NCBI GenBank assembly: GCA_045639785.1
Contig: JAZUDT010000002.1
Location: forward strand, 4,121 to 68,120
DNA length: 64,000 nt
Source: Acutalibacteraceae bacterium
Lineage (GTDB): Bacteria; Bacillota; Clostridia; Oscillospirales; Acutalibacteraceae
Direction: 5' to 3'
Shown here: in pieces, positions 18,459 to 27,958 of the stretch
Layout of the letters: every line of letters begins with the position of its first letter
How positions within the stretch are numbered: position 1 is the first letter of the stretch
Notes under the pieces: generated by a model
What the model was told of the DNA's origin: nothing
What the model saw: only the letters and a program-made list of their open reading frames with translations
Databases searched by the model: none
Program-made: the position numbers and the translations under genes

Positions 18459-19928
18459 TTATTTTGCCGAAGCAAGCTTAATGTATTTTTTGAAGAATGT
18501 CAGAGAGCTTTCGATACATTCAACCGGCAGTCTCTCGTTTGTTGAGTGCGTCGTAAGAAGCAGGTCAACCCCCGCCTTGAACGGTGCGAAACGGTAGATG
18601 TTTTCGCATACGGGCTGATAATAGCAGGCGTCTGTGCCGCCCATGACAAGAAACGGCGCAACGATAACTCTCGGGTCACTGCTCTCTGTCAGCTCCTTGA
18701 TTATGTTGTAACAGCGGGAATCCGTCGGCGAAAAAGCCGAGGGCTCCTTGCCCTGAATAAGCTCAACGTCAATGTTTTTGTTTCTGACGACCTTGCGGAT
18801 ATGATTTTCCACGTCCTTTACGCTCGTGCCGGGCATCATGCGGAAATTGACCGTGACTGACGCCGCCTGCGGAAGCACGTTTGCGGCAGGGCTTCCCTCT
18901 GCCATAGTGATACCCGTTGTGGTGCGTATGAACGATGCCGCAGGGGGAATCTGCTTCATAATCTCTTTCATAACGGGCTTGAGGAATTTAAGGTTGCAGG
19001 TGACAAGTCTCACCGGATAGGTGCAGTTTTTGCCGATAGACGAAAACAGCTCAAACGTATCCTTTGAAATATGCGAGGGGAACTGATGGTTCTCTATATC
19101 CTTTATCACATCGGCGAGCTTTCCGACGGCGGTATGCTTGGGCGACTGTGAGGAGTGACCGCCCTTTGAGTGCACCGTCACCTTATAGTCGGCATATCCC
19201 TTTTCGGCAATGCCGATACCGGCGAGGTATTTATCGTTGAGCACGCCCTTGATGTTGACGGGGAGCATGGCTCCGCCCTCGTCGATTATGCTGTCAAGGT
19301 GAACTCCCTTGTCTTGCAGATAATGCATTATTGCCGTTGCACCGCTGTCGTCTGAGGCGACAACCTCTTCATTTTCACCGAAGAGAAGATATACGTCTCT
19401 CTCGGGCTCAAAGCCCTCCTCAAGCAGGGTTTCCACCGATTCCATAACCGCCATGAGGTGATTTTTCATATCGAGAGCACCTCTGCCCCAGATAAATTCG
19501 CCGTCATCGTATCCCTCAAATGCGGGGTGAACCCAGTCACCGTCCGTGCCCTCTTCAACGGGCACAACGTCCTGATGGCTGAGAAGTGCAATGGGGTCAA
19601 GGGAGGAATCTTTGCCTTTCCAGAGAAAAACAAGGTTTGCTCTGCCGACAACGGTAAGCTCAAGCTTCTCTTTGATGAGCGGGTGCGTTTCAAGAAGAAA
19701 CTCTCTGAACTCGTCGAATTTTGACCAGTCGGTGTCCTCGGGATTATTGTGTGATATTGTCTGTATGGAGATAGCCCGACTTAGATTTTTGCGGTATCTT
19801 TCAACATTCACATTCTCTTTTTCAAAAGGAGGATAATCCTTTTTTTCGGGAACAAATTTTGCCGCACGCACGGCATTTATTGCCACCGCCGCACCGGCAA
19901 CGGACAAAACAGCATATCTTTTTTTCAT
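18459..19928 (-). CDS. M20/M25/M40-family metallopeptidase with N-terminal signal/anchor
   Basis: LLSHQDVVPV and GRGALDMK motifs. The start MKKRYAVLSVAGAAV at 19928 is preceded by GAGG. Its stop is only 13 nt upstream of iolJ. Confidence 0.7.
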   Translation of the reverse strand: MKKRYAVLSVAGAAVAINAVRAAKFVPEKKDYPPFEKENVNVERYRKNLSRAISIQTISHNNPEDTDWSKFDEFREFLLETHPLIKEKLELTVVGRANLVFLWKGKDSSLDPIALLSHQDVVPVEEGTDGDWVHPAFEGYDDGEFIWGRGALDMKNHLMAVMESVETLLEEGFEPERDVYLLFGENEEVVASDDSGATAIMHYLQDKGVHLDSIIDEGGAMLPVNIKGVLNDKYLAGIGIAEKGYADYKVTVHSKGGHSSQSPKHTAVGKLADVIKDIENHQFPSHISKDTFELFSSIGKNCTYPVRLVTCNLKFLKPVMKEIMKQIPPAASFIRTTTGITMAEGSPAANVLPQAASVTVNFRMMPGTSVKDVENHIRKVVRNKNIDVELIQGKEPSAFSPTDSRCYNIIKELTESSDPRVIVAPFLVMGGTDACYYQPVCENIYRFAPFKAGVDLLLTTHSTNERLPVECIESSLTFFKKYIKLASAK

Positions 19929-20082
19929 GAAATCTTCCTCTCTGAAATTATTGCTCCTATTATACAGGAAAAAACTGAGAAATACAATACAACACATATT
20001 AAAAATGTATTATAAATACTACAAAACAGGTGCAAAACCAGCCTCTAATCGTGACTGATTCTGCACCCGCAGGTTTATAGCT

Positions 20083-20880
20083 TTACCGAGTCAGGTCAAG
20101 TGTACATTTTTCAGAGAAAATGAACGGAGAAAACGGCTCCTGCATATCGGTCGAAACAGCGACCTTAAAGGAAAGTGTTTTCGCCTTTTCTTCTCCTTTC
20201 AGAGAAACGGGAACGGAAAATCCGATTTCGCTTGTGCCCTGAACTGCGAAAATGTCGGAGTCGTTTTTCTTGTTTGAGTCAACGGATATTTCCGTCAGTC
20301 TGACCGCAACGAGGCTGTCTCTGCCGTTGATAACATCAATGCCTATGAAATAACTGCCGTCTTCGTCCCGATAGCCGTTATCCGTCAGTGCTATTTTAAC
20401 GCCCTGCGCATCAATGATATTGTCATAATCAGTCCTTGCCGCCTCGTTCCGACAAGCCTCCTCCCCGAGAACAGAGAAGATTTCGCCGGAGTTTTTCAGC
20501 TTGTAGAAGCAGGTCTGAGAGCCGGAGGTGACTGACACGTATTTCTGCGAAAATGAGAGCGTTTCTTTTTTGTCGAGAGAGAAAAGCTCAACTGTATATT
20601 CGGCGTCGAAGCTGTCGGGGCTAACCTGCCTGCCGACAGTAACGCTGTCGATTTCACCGCATATTTTTCCGATGAAATCCGAATCGGCCAAGTCATAAAT
20701 CTCTGCCGACACCTCCGGTGTGTTCACAATGACGTTCACCTTGTCCGGCAATGCACCGTCCTCATGGCAGAGGGTATCTGTGCAGAGTGAAGAGAGCTTT
20801 TTCCCGCTCTGTGGGGTGCAGGCGCACAGTGAAAATATCACAACCGCACAAAGCAGTAAAAGCGCAACTGTTTTTTTCAT
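20083..20880 (-). CDS. lipoprotein, unknown function
   Basis: MKKTVALLLLCAVVIFSLCAC is a signal peptide with a lipobox Cys. No recognisable domain. Confidence 0.5.
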   Translation of the reverse strand: MKKTVALLLLCAVVIFSLCACTPQSGKKLSSLCTDTLCHEDGALPDKVNVIVNTPEVSAEIYDLADSDFIGKICGEIDSVTVGRQVSPDSFDAEYTVELFSLDKKETLSFSQKYVSVTSGSQTCFYKLKNSGEIFSVLGEEACRNEAARTDYDNIIDAQGVKIALTDNGYRDEDGSYFIGIDVINGRDSLVAVRLTEISVDSNKKNDSDIFAVQGTSEIGFSVPVSLKGEEKAKTLSFKVAVSTDMQEPFSPFIFSEKCTLDLTR

Positions 20881-20911
20881 CTTCCATGCCTCCCGTTACA
20901 AGCGGTATGCG

Positions 20912-22876
20912 TCACTTGATTTTCACTTTGCCGACCGCTGAAAATTTACCGTATAATTTTTTCCCGTCACAGGTTTTATATGCTCTGACCTTGAAATAAT
21001 ATGTTTTCCCGCTTTTAAGCTTTGAATATGTGTAAGGCGTTTTTGTCACCGCTTTAAGCTTTGAAAAACCGGACGTTTTTTTCGTGCTGTAATAAATCTC
21101 ATATCCGCTTGAGCCGCTGAGCTTTGAAAACGAAATTTTGACGCTCTTTTTCGCCTTAGAGGAAAGGGAAAGCCCTTTGACCTGCGCCGGAGAAATCGTA
21201 TATGTGAGCGTTTTTTGCCCGCTGTATTTACCCTTGAGAGTGATAACAACGGTGTATTTTCCCGGATTTTTGCTCTTTGAATTTGAATATTTCACGGTGT
21301 AATCCACCGAATTTTTCAGCTTGTTACCCTTTGAATCCACAACCGTAACTGACGGCTTCTGAGCTTTTCCGTTAGCGGTAAACGAGGTTTTTGAAAGCTT
21401 TGCCGACGACACCTTGTAAATCTTATTCTGTGCGGTTATCGTCTTTCCGCATACCTTGCAATGCGAGCCGGAGGTTTTTCCGTCGGAGGAAAATGTAGCC
21501 TTGACCGCTTTATCCGTAACTGAGGTATGCGCCGCTTTTTCGGTGTAATTCCCTCTGTAGCTGTAGCCGCACAGACAGATAAAATCGGTGTAGCCCTTTT
21601 CGGTGCAGGTCGGCTTTGTGACAAGACGGCTGAACGAATGAATGTGCTCCAGATTTTTCAGTGCCGCAGTGTAAACCTCTGTGTCGGATTTATTCGGGCT
21701 CTTCTTCAGATGATACTTTACCCCCGAGGAATCCGCACTCATATCGTATATGCGCCCCTTTGCGTTTTCCTCAGCCGAAAGAATATATACGAGCTTGTCG
21801 TCTGTTCCGTCGGTTTTCATGCTTCTGACGGTGTCGTGGGTGTTGTAGAATATTCTGTCGTTTAAAATGACGGCATCGGAATACCCCAGCACGTAATAGT
21901 ACATTTCGTCGTCCCAGAGGAACCATTTGTCATCAACGGTTTTCAGCAGCTTTTCACTTAAATCGGCAGTTGAGCCGACGCATATATCGGTACCGTCGGA
22001 ATAATACCATTTTCCGCCGGAATATGACATCGAAAACATTGCTTTTGAGAAAAAGGCATCGTCATATTTTCTGCTTGTGCATTTTCCCATGCAGGATTCC
22101 GCTCTGTTGATAACCCAGTCCCTCGTTGAGTTAAGATGACCGGTTTCAACCAATTTGTATTCACTGCACAGCACGTTATCGTGAACTGCCAGAGTGTCAT
22201 CCCACGTCACGTCAACAAAATAATAGCTGCCGCCTATCTTTACGATATTCCACGCGTGCTGATTTTCGTCACTGCTGACATATTTGCACTCGATTCCGGC
22301 TCTGTTCATAAGAAGCATAAATGTCTTGGCATAGCCCTCGCATACGCAGGAGCCGCCGACAAGACAGTCATATATAGTCCGCTTGGTCTGCGAAATGTCA
22401 AATTCCGTGTTTTCGGTCAGATACTCATGAAGAAAGACAACCTTGTCAATATCGCTTTTAAAGGTCGAAAGAATGTTCAGCACCTTATGAATTTCAGCAT
22501 TGAGTGCCGCAGTCTGCGCCTCGGTGCACTGCTCATATACGAATGTTATGCTTTTAATCAGCTTGCCCGTGTATGAAAAAGCAAAATTCGACGTGAGATA
22601 ATAACAGTCGAGATTATCGAAAAACGCTCTGTTGAATGCACTCTCAACCTGCGATATTTCAATGCCGTACTTTGAAACATCTATCGTCTTTTCGTGATTC
22701 TTCCACGCCGCAGCACATGCCTTTTCAAAGCCGGCAAAATCGGCATCTGCCGCCTGCGTATAAAAACACACAGTTGACGCCGAAATCGTCAGTACAAGTA
22801 TAAATGCAACAATTCTGCTGATGAAATTTGTCTTTTTCAATAGGAACATCCTTTCGCTACTGGTGTATGTTTCCAT
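20912..22876 (-). CDS. secreted transglutaminase-like cysteine protease-fold protein with C-terminal Ig/Fn3-like repeats
   Basis: It has a signal/anchor (ISRIVAFILVLTISASTVCFYTQAADA). The transglutaminase-core triad context is CVCEGYAKTFMLLMNRAGIECKYV...HAWNIVKIGGSYYFVDVTWDD. The C-terminus has repeated K/S/T-rich beta-sandwich-like segments. Confidence 0.65.
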   Translation of the reverse strand: METYTSSERMFLLKKTNFISRIVAFILVLTISASTVCFYTQAADADFAGFEKACAAAWKNHEKTIDVSKYGIEISQVESAFNRAFFDNLDCYYLTSNFAFSYTGKLIKSITFVYEQCTEAQTAALNAEIHKVLNILSTFKSDIDKVVFLHEYLTENTEFDISQTKRTIYDCLVGGSCVCEGYAKTFMLLMNRAGIECKYVSSDENQHAWNIVKIGGSYYFVDVTWDDTLAVHDNVLCSEYKLVETGHLNSTRDWVINRAESCMGKCTSRKYDDAFFSKAMFSMSYSGGKWYYSDGTDICVGSTADLSEKLLKTVDDKWFLWDDEMYYYVLGYSDAVILNDRIFYNTHDTVRSMKTDGTDDKLVYILSAEENAKGRIYDMSADSSGVKYHLKKSPNKSDTEVYTAALKNLEHIHSFSRLVTKPTCTEKGYTDFICLCGYSYRGNYTEKAAHTSVTDKAVKATFSSDGKTSGSHCKVCGKTITAQNKIYKVSSAKLSKTSFTANGKAQKPSVTVVDSKGNKLKNSVDYTVKYSNSKSKNPGKYTVVITLKGKYSGQKTLTYTISPAQVKGLSLSSKAKKSVKISFSKLSGSSGYEIYYSTKKTSGFSKLKAVTKTPYTYSKLKSGKTYYFKVRAYKTCDGKKLYGKFSAVGKVKIK

Positions 22877-22911
22877 TGTATCACAAAAAATTCGATTTGT
22901 CTAATAATATT

Positions 22912-22950
22912 TGAAAATACCGCCGTCGATTTTCCGAGGCGGTATTTTCA
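22912..22950 (-). terminator. terminator downstream of nhaC
   Basis: A 13-bp perfect stem, tgaaaataccgcc / ggcggtattttca, with a 13-nt loop immediately after the NhaC stop. The tail is A/T-rich but not a clean U-run. Confidence 0.5.
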
Positions 22951-22955
22951 ATCAT

Positions 22956-24575
22956 TTACCCGTCTATTTTCAAGGGTATTTTTTTATCTTTTCTTTTGAT
23001 AACCGCCTTTATCACGAACAGAACAGTCACAAGTAAAGCAAAGCCTATCGGCAGACACACAAGCGCACTCTTTGTCAGTCCCGCAACAAAATATACGGCA
23101 AATGAAATTGCAAGCGGAACAGCCGCATAGGGAAGCTGTGTCGCATTATGGGCAAGATGGTCACATCTTGCCGCAGTTGACGACATTATGTTGGTGTCCG
23201 AAATCGGTGAGCAATGGTCGCCGCAAACCGCACCCGCAAGGCACGCCGAAACAGAAATGACCATCATCTGTTCCTCAAGGCCTATTCCGGCGACTATCGG
23301 CAGAAGAATTCCCATAGTGCCCCACGACGAGCCGGTCGCAAACGCAAGACCGACTGAAACGGCAAACACAATCGCCGGAAGAAGAAAATGAAGCTGTGAC
23401 GCACCGCCGGCAAAAATGCCCGCAACATAATCATTGACGCCGAGAAGAAGCGTTATTTCGCTCAGACTCCACGCAAAAATAAGAATGAGCATTGCCGGGA
23501 CCATTGACTTGAAGCCGGTGGCAATAGAGTCCATGAGCTCTTTAAATTCCATGAGCCCTCTGAGAAAATAATAGACTATCGTCAGACCGAGTGTAACAAG
23601 AGAACCCATGCAGAGACCGAGAGCGGCATCGCAGTCGGCAAACGCTTCTATAAGCCCCTTGCCCGAGAAAAATCCGCCGGTGTATATCATGTAGATAACG
23701 CAGGTCAGAATAAGAATAATAACGGGCAGAACAAGGTCGATAACACGTCCCTTTCCGTTTATGTCCTCTTCTTCGGTTTCAAGATTGGGATTTTCCACCG
23801 TGAAAAGGTCGCCGTGAAGGGCATTATTCTCGTGCACACGCATTGCACCGTAATCGAACTGCATAACCGATATGAGCACAACCATACCGAGAGTGAGAAG
23901 AGAATAAAAATTGAAAGGTATTGCTTTCAGAAAAAGCTCAACGCCGTTGACGCCCTCAATATTGCTTGAGACAGCCGCCGCCCATGAAGAAATGGGCATT
24001 ATCATACACATCGGTGCCGCAGTTGCATCTATTATGTATGCGAGCTTCGCACGTGAAATTTTATTTTCGTCGGTTATCGGGCGCATTACGTTTCCGACGG
24101 TGAGGGTGTTGAAATAGTCGTCAACGCTGAGCACAACGCCGAGCGCAAAGGTGGAGAGCATGGCGACACGCCTTGAGTGGATATGCCTGCTTGCCCATCT
24201 GCCGTATGCCGCCGTGCCTCCGCTTCTGCCCAGAAGCACAACGAGAATACCGAGCGTGGTCAGAAATGTCAGAATACCGAGATTGCCTGAATTTTCACCG
24301 GACAGAGCACCGATTATTCCGTTTGTAAAAACAGCCTCAAGCGTGTCGAGAGTATTGAATTTTGAATAAAGAAGCGCACCGGCGACAAGTCCGAGAAAGA
24401 GAGAGGAATAAACCTCCTTTGTGATAAGCGCAAGCACTATTGCAATAACAGGCGGAAGAACAGACCAAGCTGTGCCGATGAAATTAATCCGGCTGAGAAC
24501 TCCGCTGTAAAAGACACAGCATATACCGATGATGCAAAGCACCAGTCCGGCGGCAAAAATAACTCTTTTTTTCAT
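22956..24575 (-). CDS. nhaC: Na+/H+ antiporter NhaC-family transporter
   Basis: 539-aa polytopic membrane protein with NhaC-family sequence character. It is preceded by a lysine riboswitch. Confidence 0.75.
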   Translation of the reverse strand: MKKRVIFAAGLVLCIIGICCVFYSGVLSRINFIGTAWSVLPPVIAIVLALITKEVYSSLFLGLVAGALLYSKFNTLDTLEAVFTNGIIGALSGENSGNLGILTFLTTLGILVVLLGRSGGTAAYGRWASRHIHSRRVAMLSTFALGVVLSVDDYFNTLTVGNVMRPITDENKISRAKLAYIIDATAAPMCMIMPISSWAAAVSSNIEGVNGVELFLKAIPFNFYSLLTLGMVVLISVMQFDYGAMRVHENNALHGDLFTVENPNLETEEEDINGKGRVIDLVLPVIILILTCVIYMIYTGGFFSGKGLIEAFADCDAALGLCMGSLVTLGLTIVYYFLRGLMEFKELMDSIATGFKSMVPAMLILIFAWSLSEITLLLGVNDYVAGIFAGGASQLHFLLPAIVFAVSVGLAFATGSSWGTMGILLPIVAGIGLEEQMMVISVSACLAGAVCGDHCSPISDTNIMSSTAARCDHLAHNATQLPYAAVPLAISFAVYFVAGLTKSALVCLPIGFALLVTVLFVIKAVIKRKDKKIPLKIDG

Positions 24576-24589
24576 TGCTTTACCTCCAT

Positions 24590-24626
24590 AAAAAAACAGA
24601 ACAAAGGCTCGCCGAGTCTTTGTTCC
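24590..24626 (-). terminator. riboswitch expression-platform terminator (attenuator)
   Basis: The minus strand has GAACAAAGACTCGGCGAGCCTTTGTTC followed by TGTTTTTTT, 14 nt upstream of the nhaC RBS. Confidence 0.75.
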
Positions 24627-24680
24627 CGATAAAACAAAAACGGAGCAGCCAAATTTTCTTTGGCAGTACTCCGTAATAAG

Positions 24681-24820
24681 CTACGACAGTGAAGCGCATA
24701 TTCTGCGAAACACCAGCATATTCGCCCGTACCGGCGAAATACACTTCGGCGGCGTCTCTCTTTTGTTCCCCCGCAGTACGGCGTTCAAGGGAGAAAAGGT
24801 AGAAACCGCACCTCTGTCAA
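24681..24820 (-). promoter_or_regulatory. lysine riboswitch (L-box) aptamer
   Basis: The minus strand reads AGAGGTGCG...GGGGGAAC...GAGACGCCGCCGAAG...TGCTGG...CACTGTCG. This parallels the B. subtilis lysC L-box blocks AGAGGUGCG / GCGUCGCCGAAG / GCUGG / CUGUCA. An extended -10 (TGgTAAAAT) lies just upstream at about 24828-24836. Confidence 0.7.
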
Positions 24821-24866
24821 CAGCCCATATTTTACCACAGAAAAGCTTGCGTTGTCAAGGGAAAAC

Positions 24867-26060
24867 TTACTTATTTGCGGTGAAATCCGGAAAATCAACC
24901 CACACCGAGCCCTGTTCAATGCTCTGCTTCGACAAAGCCGTCACGCTCATCCATGCGGCGGCGTCATAAACGTCTATTGTCGGGGGCGTTTTGTTTACAA
25001 AGCTCTCGACCATGTTGCGAAGCATGAGATAATCCATGCCGCCGTGACCGGCTTTTTCTTTCGCCCTTGTGATTTTTTTCCACATCTTCGGCGCATACTT
25101 TTTCTCGTATTTTTTAGCATTGCAGTAGAGACGCTCCGGCTCAAATTCCGCCTTCTCGCCGTATTTTTTCACCGTCTCACCGTCAATGAAAAGAACGTCG
25201 CCGTCCTCCTGATAGAGTGCCTTTGTGCCGTGAATCGTGAAGCCTCTCGAATAAAATCTCGGAAGCGTTGTGTCAAGGGTGAGCCTTATCGTTTCACCGT
25301 TTTCACACTCGATAACGGTGGTAATGATATCCGCCTGACTGAACTTTATATCTCTGAGACGCTCGTCGTCCTTTTTCTTCTCGTTCACGTATTCGTGAAG
25401 CCCGTATGAGCCGGAGGCAAGAGAAATGAGACGCTTCATTCTGTTGCCGTTATTTATGCCGATGATTTTCGCTATCGGTCCGAGCTCGTGGGTAGGATAG
25501 TTGTCACAGTTATTTGCGATATAGTGCTCAAGACGGTAGTGTCTGTTTTCCTTTCCGAATGCGACCTCGTTTCTCAGGTCGTGTGAATAGGAGCCGTCGC
25601 ACTGCACTATTTTGCCGAAAACGCCGTCTTTTGCCATATTGAGACACATGAGCTCCCTCCTGCCGAAACAACAGTTTTCAAGAAACATGAACGGAGTTTT
25701 TGTCTCTTCATAAGCTTCGATGAGTTTGAAGCAATTTTCGATTTCATAAGTGCCGCCGACCTCAAGAGCCGTATATTTTCCGCTTTTCATAGCGTCGCAG
25801 GCAAGCTGTGTATGCGCCTGCCATGAAGCCGAGATGAGAACTATATCAACATCGTCTCTCTTAAGAAGCTCAGTATAATCCGACGTGCCGAAAGGCTTTG
25901 TGTACTTTCTGAGCTTCACCTTTTTTTGTGCACTTTCCACTCTGTCGGAATACAAATCGCATACCGCAGTAACGGTGACGTCTTTCATTGAAAGCATATT
26001 GTCCATAAGCCCCATGCCTCTGCCGCCGAGACCGATAACACCAATTCTGACCTGATTCAT
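24867..26060 (-). CDS. Gfo/Idh/MocA-family NAD-dependent oxidoreductase (GH109-like architecture)
   Basis: MNQVRIGVIGLGGRGMGLMDNM Rossmann N-terminus, 397 aa. It is divergent from a GPH sugar transporter. Confidence 0.65.
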   Translation of the reverse strand: MNQVRIGVIGLGGRGMGLMDNMLSMKDVTVTAVCDLYSDRVESAQKKVKLRKYTKPFGTSDYTELLKRDDVDIVLISASWQAHTQLACDAMKSGKYTALEVGGTYEIENCFKLIEAYEETKTPFMFLENCCFGRRELMCLNMAKDGVFGKIVQCDGSYSHDLRNEVAFGKENRHYRLEHYIANNCDNYPTHELGPIAKIIGINNGNRMKRLISLASGSYGLHEYVNEKKKDDERLRDIKFSQADIITTVIECENGETIRLTLDTTLPRFYSRGFTIHGTKALYQEDGDVLFIDGETVKKYGEKAEFEPERLYCNAKKYEKKYAPKMWKKITRAKEKAGHGGMDYLMLRNMVESFVNKTPPTIDVYDAAAWMSVTALSKQSIEQGSVWVDFPDFTANK

Positions 26061-26209
26061 ACAAATCCCTCCGTCTGAAATATGTCACATTATAACACAT
26101 CTGTTATTTGCTGGCAATAACTTTTGCTCAAATACCGCCGCCGAATTTGATTGACACTTCATTCATTGTGTGTTAAAATCCGATTATAAAAGGATTGGAG
26201 GAAACAGCT

Positions 26210-27664
26210 TTGAAAGAAATCAGCACCGAAAAAAGCTACGTCGGGCTTAAGGAAACCGTGCTCTACGGCGTTGCAAACGGCGGGCAGTGCCTTGGTTATA
26301 ACCTTTTGCGCTCCCAGCTTACGTTTTTCCTTGTCACTGTGTGCCGCATACCCGCTGAAGCGGTCGCCACTATGGTTCTCATAATGGGCACATGGGACAC
26401 GATTAATGACCCCATCATGGGCTCGATTGTTGACAGAACAAGAACAAGATTCGGAAAGCTTCGCCCTTATCTTATCTTCGTGCCGCTTCCGCTGTCGGTC
26501 GTGACAATACTGTTTTTCAGCGGCGGCGAGCTTCTCAGGGACGTAAAGTCAACCGCAGTCAAAATAGCATTCATGTACATCTCATATTTTCTGTGGGAGT
26601 TTTTCTACACAATAGGCGATATTCCGTTCTGGGGGCTTTCGGCGGCTATTTCTCCGAGCCCGAAGGACCGTTCAAGAGCCATAATGAGCGCACGATTTAT
26701 TTCCGGCATCATCGGCGGTCTTGTCGGAATAGCAATGCCCATTTTTATTGACCTGAGCACAAAGAATGTAATAAATCTTTCGCTTGAAAAAGTCTTTCTG
26801 ATTATGGGCATTTTCGCCGGCACTGTCGGCACTGCTCTCTTCTCTCTTGCGGGTCTTTGCACGAAAGAAAGAGTTGTTCAGTCAACAAAGGAAGACGGCT
26901 TTTTCACCATCGTCAAATGCCTCAAAAACAATAAACCCCTTATTCTTCTCGTCATTTCAAGCGTTATCAGCACGGTCGGCGCAATAGGCGGAACACTCAC
27001 TCAGTACTACTACCTTTTCTCGCTCGGCTTTGCTTCGCTTTCGCTCCTTGCCGGAGTGCCGGGTACAATAATGTCGTTTCTTACATTCCTGCTCATACCT
27101 AAAATCGAACAGAGACTTTCGTCAAAGCGCATTGTTATCTACTGCGGTTTTCTCAATGCCATTGTCGGCACAGTCGTATTCCTTGCCGGAAGCAGATTTT
27201 ACACAAACCCGAAGGTTATTGTTCCTCTTCTTGCCGTCTCGGGTATTTTTACGTCATTCACAGCCTGCATAGCCGGAGTTATACCGACCAAGATGATAGG
27301 CGACACGGTGGACTATATGGAGTGGAAAACGGGCGAAAGAAACGAGGGCATATCATTTTCATTCCTCACCTTTATCAGCAAGCTCACCGGCTCATTTTCG
27401 ACAGCTATCGCAACTGCGATTATGCCGATTATCGGTCTTCAGAATATCAACAATGAATGGCAGCTTATTGACAGCGGCGTAAACACAAAATTCTGGCTGT
27501 GGGCTCTTATCACCGTGATACCGCCCGTTCTCAATCTTCTTTCACTCATTCCGTATTTCTTCTATGACCTTGAGGGTGAAAAATTACAGAAAATACAGGA
27601 CGAGATGGGACAGCACAGAAAAGAGCGTGCAAATCTTGTTTCGGGAGGTAACGAAAATGGATAA
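26210..27664 (+). CDS. glycoside-pentoside-hexuronide (GPH):cation symporter, MFS superfamily
   Basis: 12-TM MelB/GPH-like sequence (DRTRTRFGKLRPYL motif). I prefer the TTG at 26210, which lies 7 nt after GGAGGA, over the ORF-track TTG at 26195. Confidence 0.75.
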   Translation: MKEISTEKSYVGLKETVLYGVANGGQCLGYNLLRSQLTFFLVTVCRIPAEAVATMVLIMGTWDTINDPIMGSIVDRTRTRFGKLRPYLIFVPLPLSVVTILFFSGGELLRDVKSTAVKIAFMYISYFLWEFFYTIGDIPFWGLSAAISPSPKDRSRAIMSARFISGIIGGLVGIAMPIFIDLSTKNVINLSLEKVFLIMGIFAGTVGTALFSLAGLCTKERVVQSTKEDGFFTIVKCLKNNKPLILLVISSVISTVGAIGGTLTQYYYLFSLGFASLSLLAGVPGTIMSFLTFLLIPKIEQRLSSKRIVIYCGFLNAIVGTVVFLAGSRFYTNPKVIVPLLAVSGIFTSFTACIAGVIPTKMIGDTVDYMEWKTGERNEGISFSFLTFISKLTGSFSTAIATAIMPIIGLQNINNEWQLIDSGVNTKFWLWALITVIPPVLNLLSLIPYFFYDLEGEKLQKIQDEMGQHRKERANLVSGGNENG

Positions 27665-27914
27665 CAGATGCCCGAAATGCGGCGAAAAGCTCAGCATATT
27701 CTACATTAAGGAAAACTGCCCCAAGTGCGGCGCAAACATACTCTACTACAATATGGAGGAGCGTCTTGAGGAGGATGCGGTAAAAGCGCAGGCGGAATAT
27801 GAAAAGGCGCAGGCTCTGGTTGATAAAATCACGCCGAAATTTGTTAAAAAGATACTGGATAAAAAGAAAAACGCCGGAGAAGAAACGGCGCAGAAAGAAG
27901 AAACAAACGAATAA
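27657..27914 (+). CDS. small zinc-ribbon protein
   Basis: MDNRCPKCGEKLSIFYIKENCPKCGANILYY has two CPKCG knuckles. The ATG at 27657 is preceded by GGGAGG and overlaps the transporter stop by 8 nt. Confidence 0.55.
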   Translation: MDNRCPKCGEKLSIFYIKENCPKCGANILYYNMEERLEEDAVKAQAEYEKAQALVDKITPKFVKKILDKKKNAGEETAQKEETNE

Positions 27915-27918
27915 AAGA

Positions 27919-27958
27919 ACTGCCGAACAGGGTTTAACGCTCTGCCGGCAGTGTTTTT
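27919..27958 (+). terminator. candidate terminator
   Basis: The actgccg / cggcagt stem is followed by gttttta, between convergent genes. Confidence 0.45.

Noticed and set aside
27657-27914. Link between the small zinc-ribbon protein at 27657 and the zinc-ribbon-like GG peptide a
   Set aside because: They share only generic CxxC knuckles. The 27657 product has no GG leader, lies 23 kb away and is translationally coupled to a sugar transporter. I treat the resemblance as coincidental.
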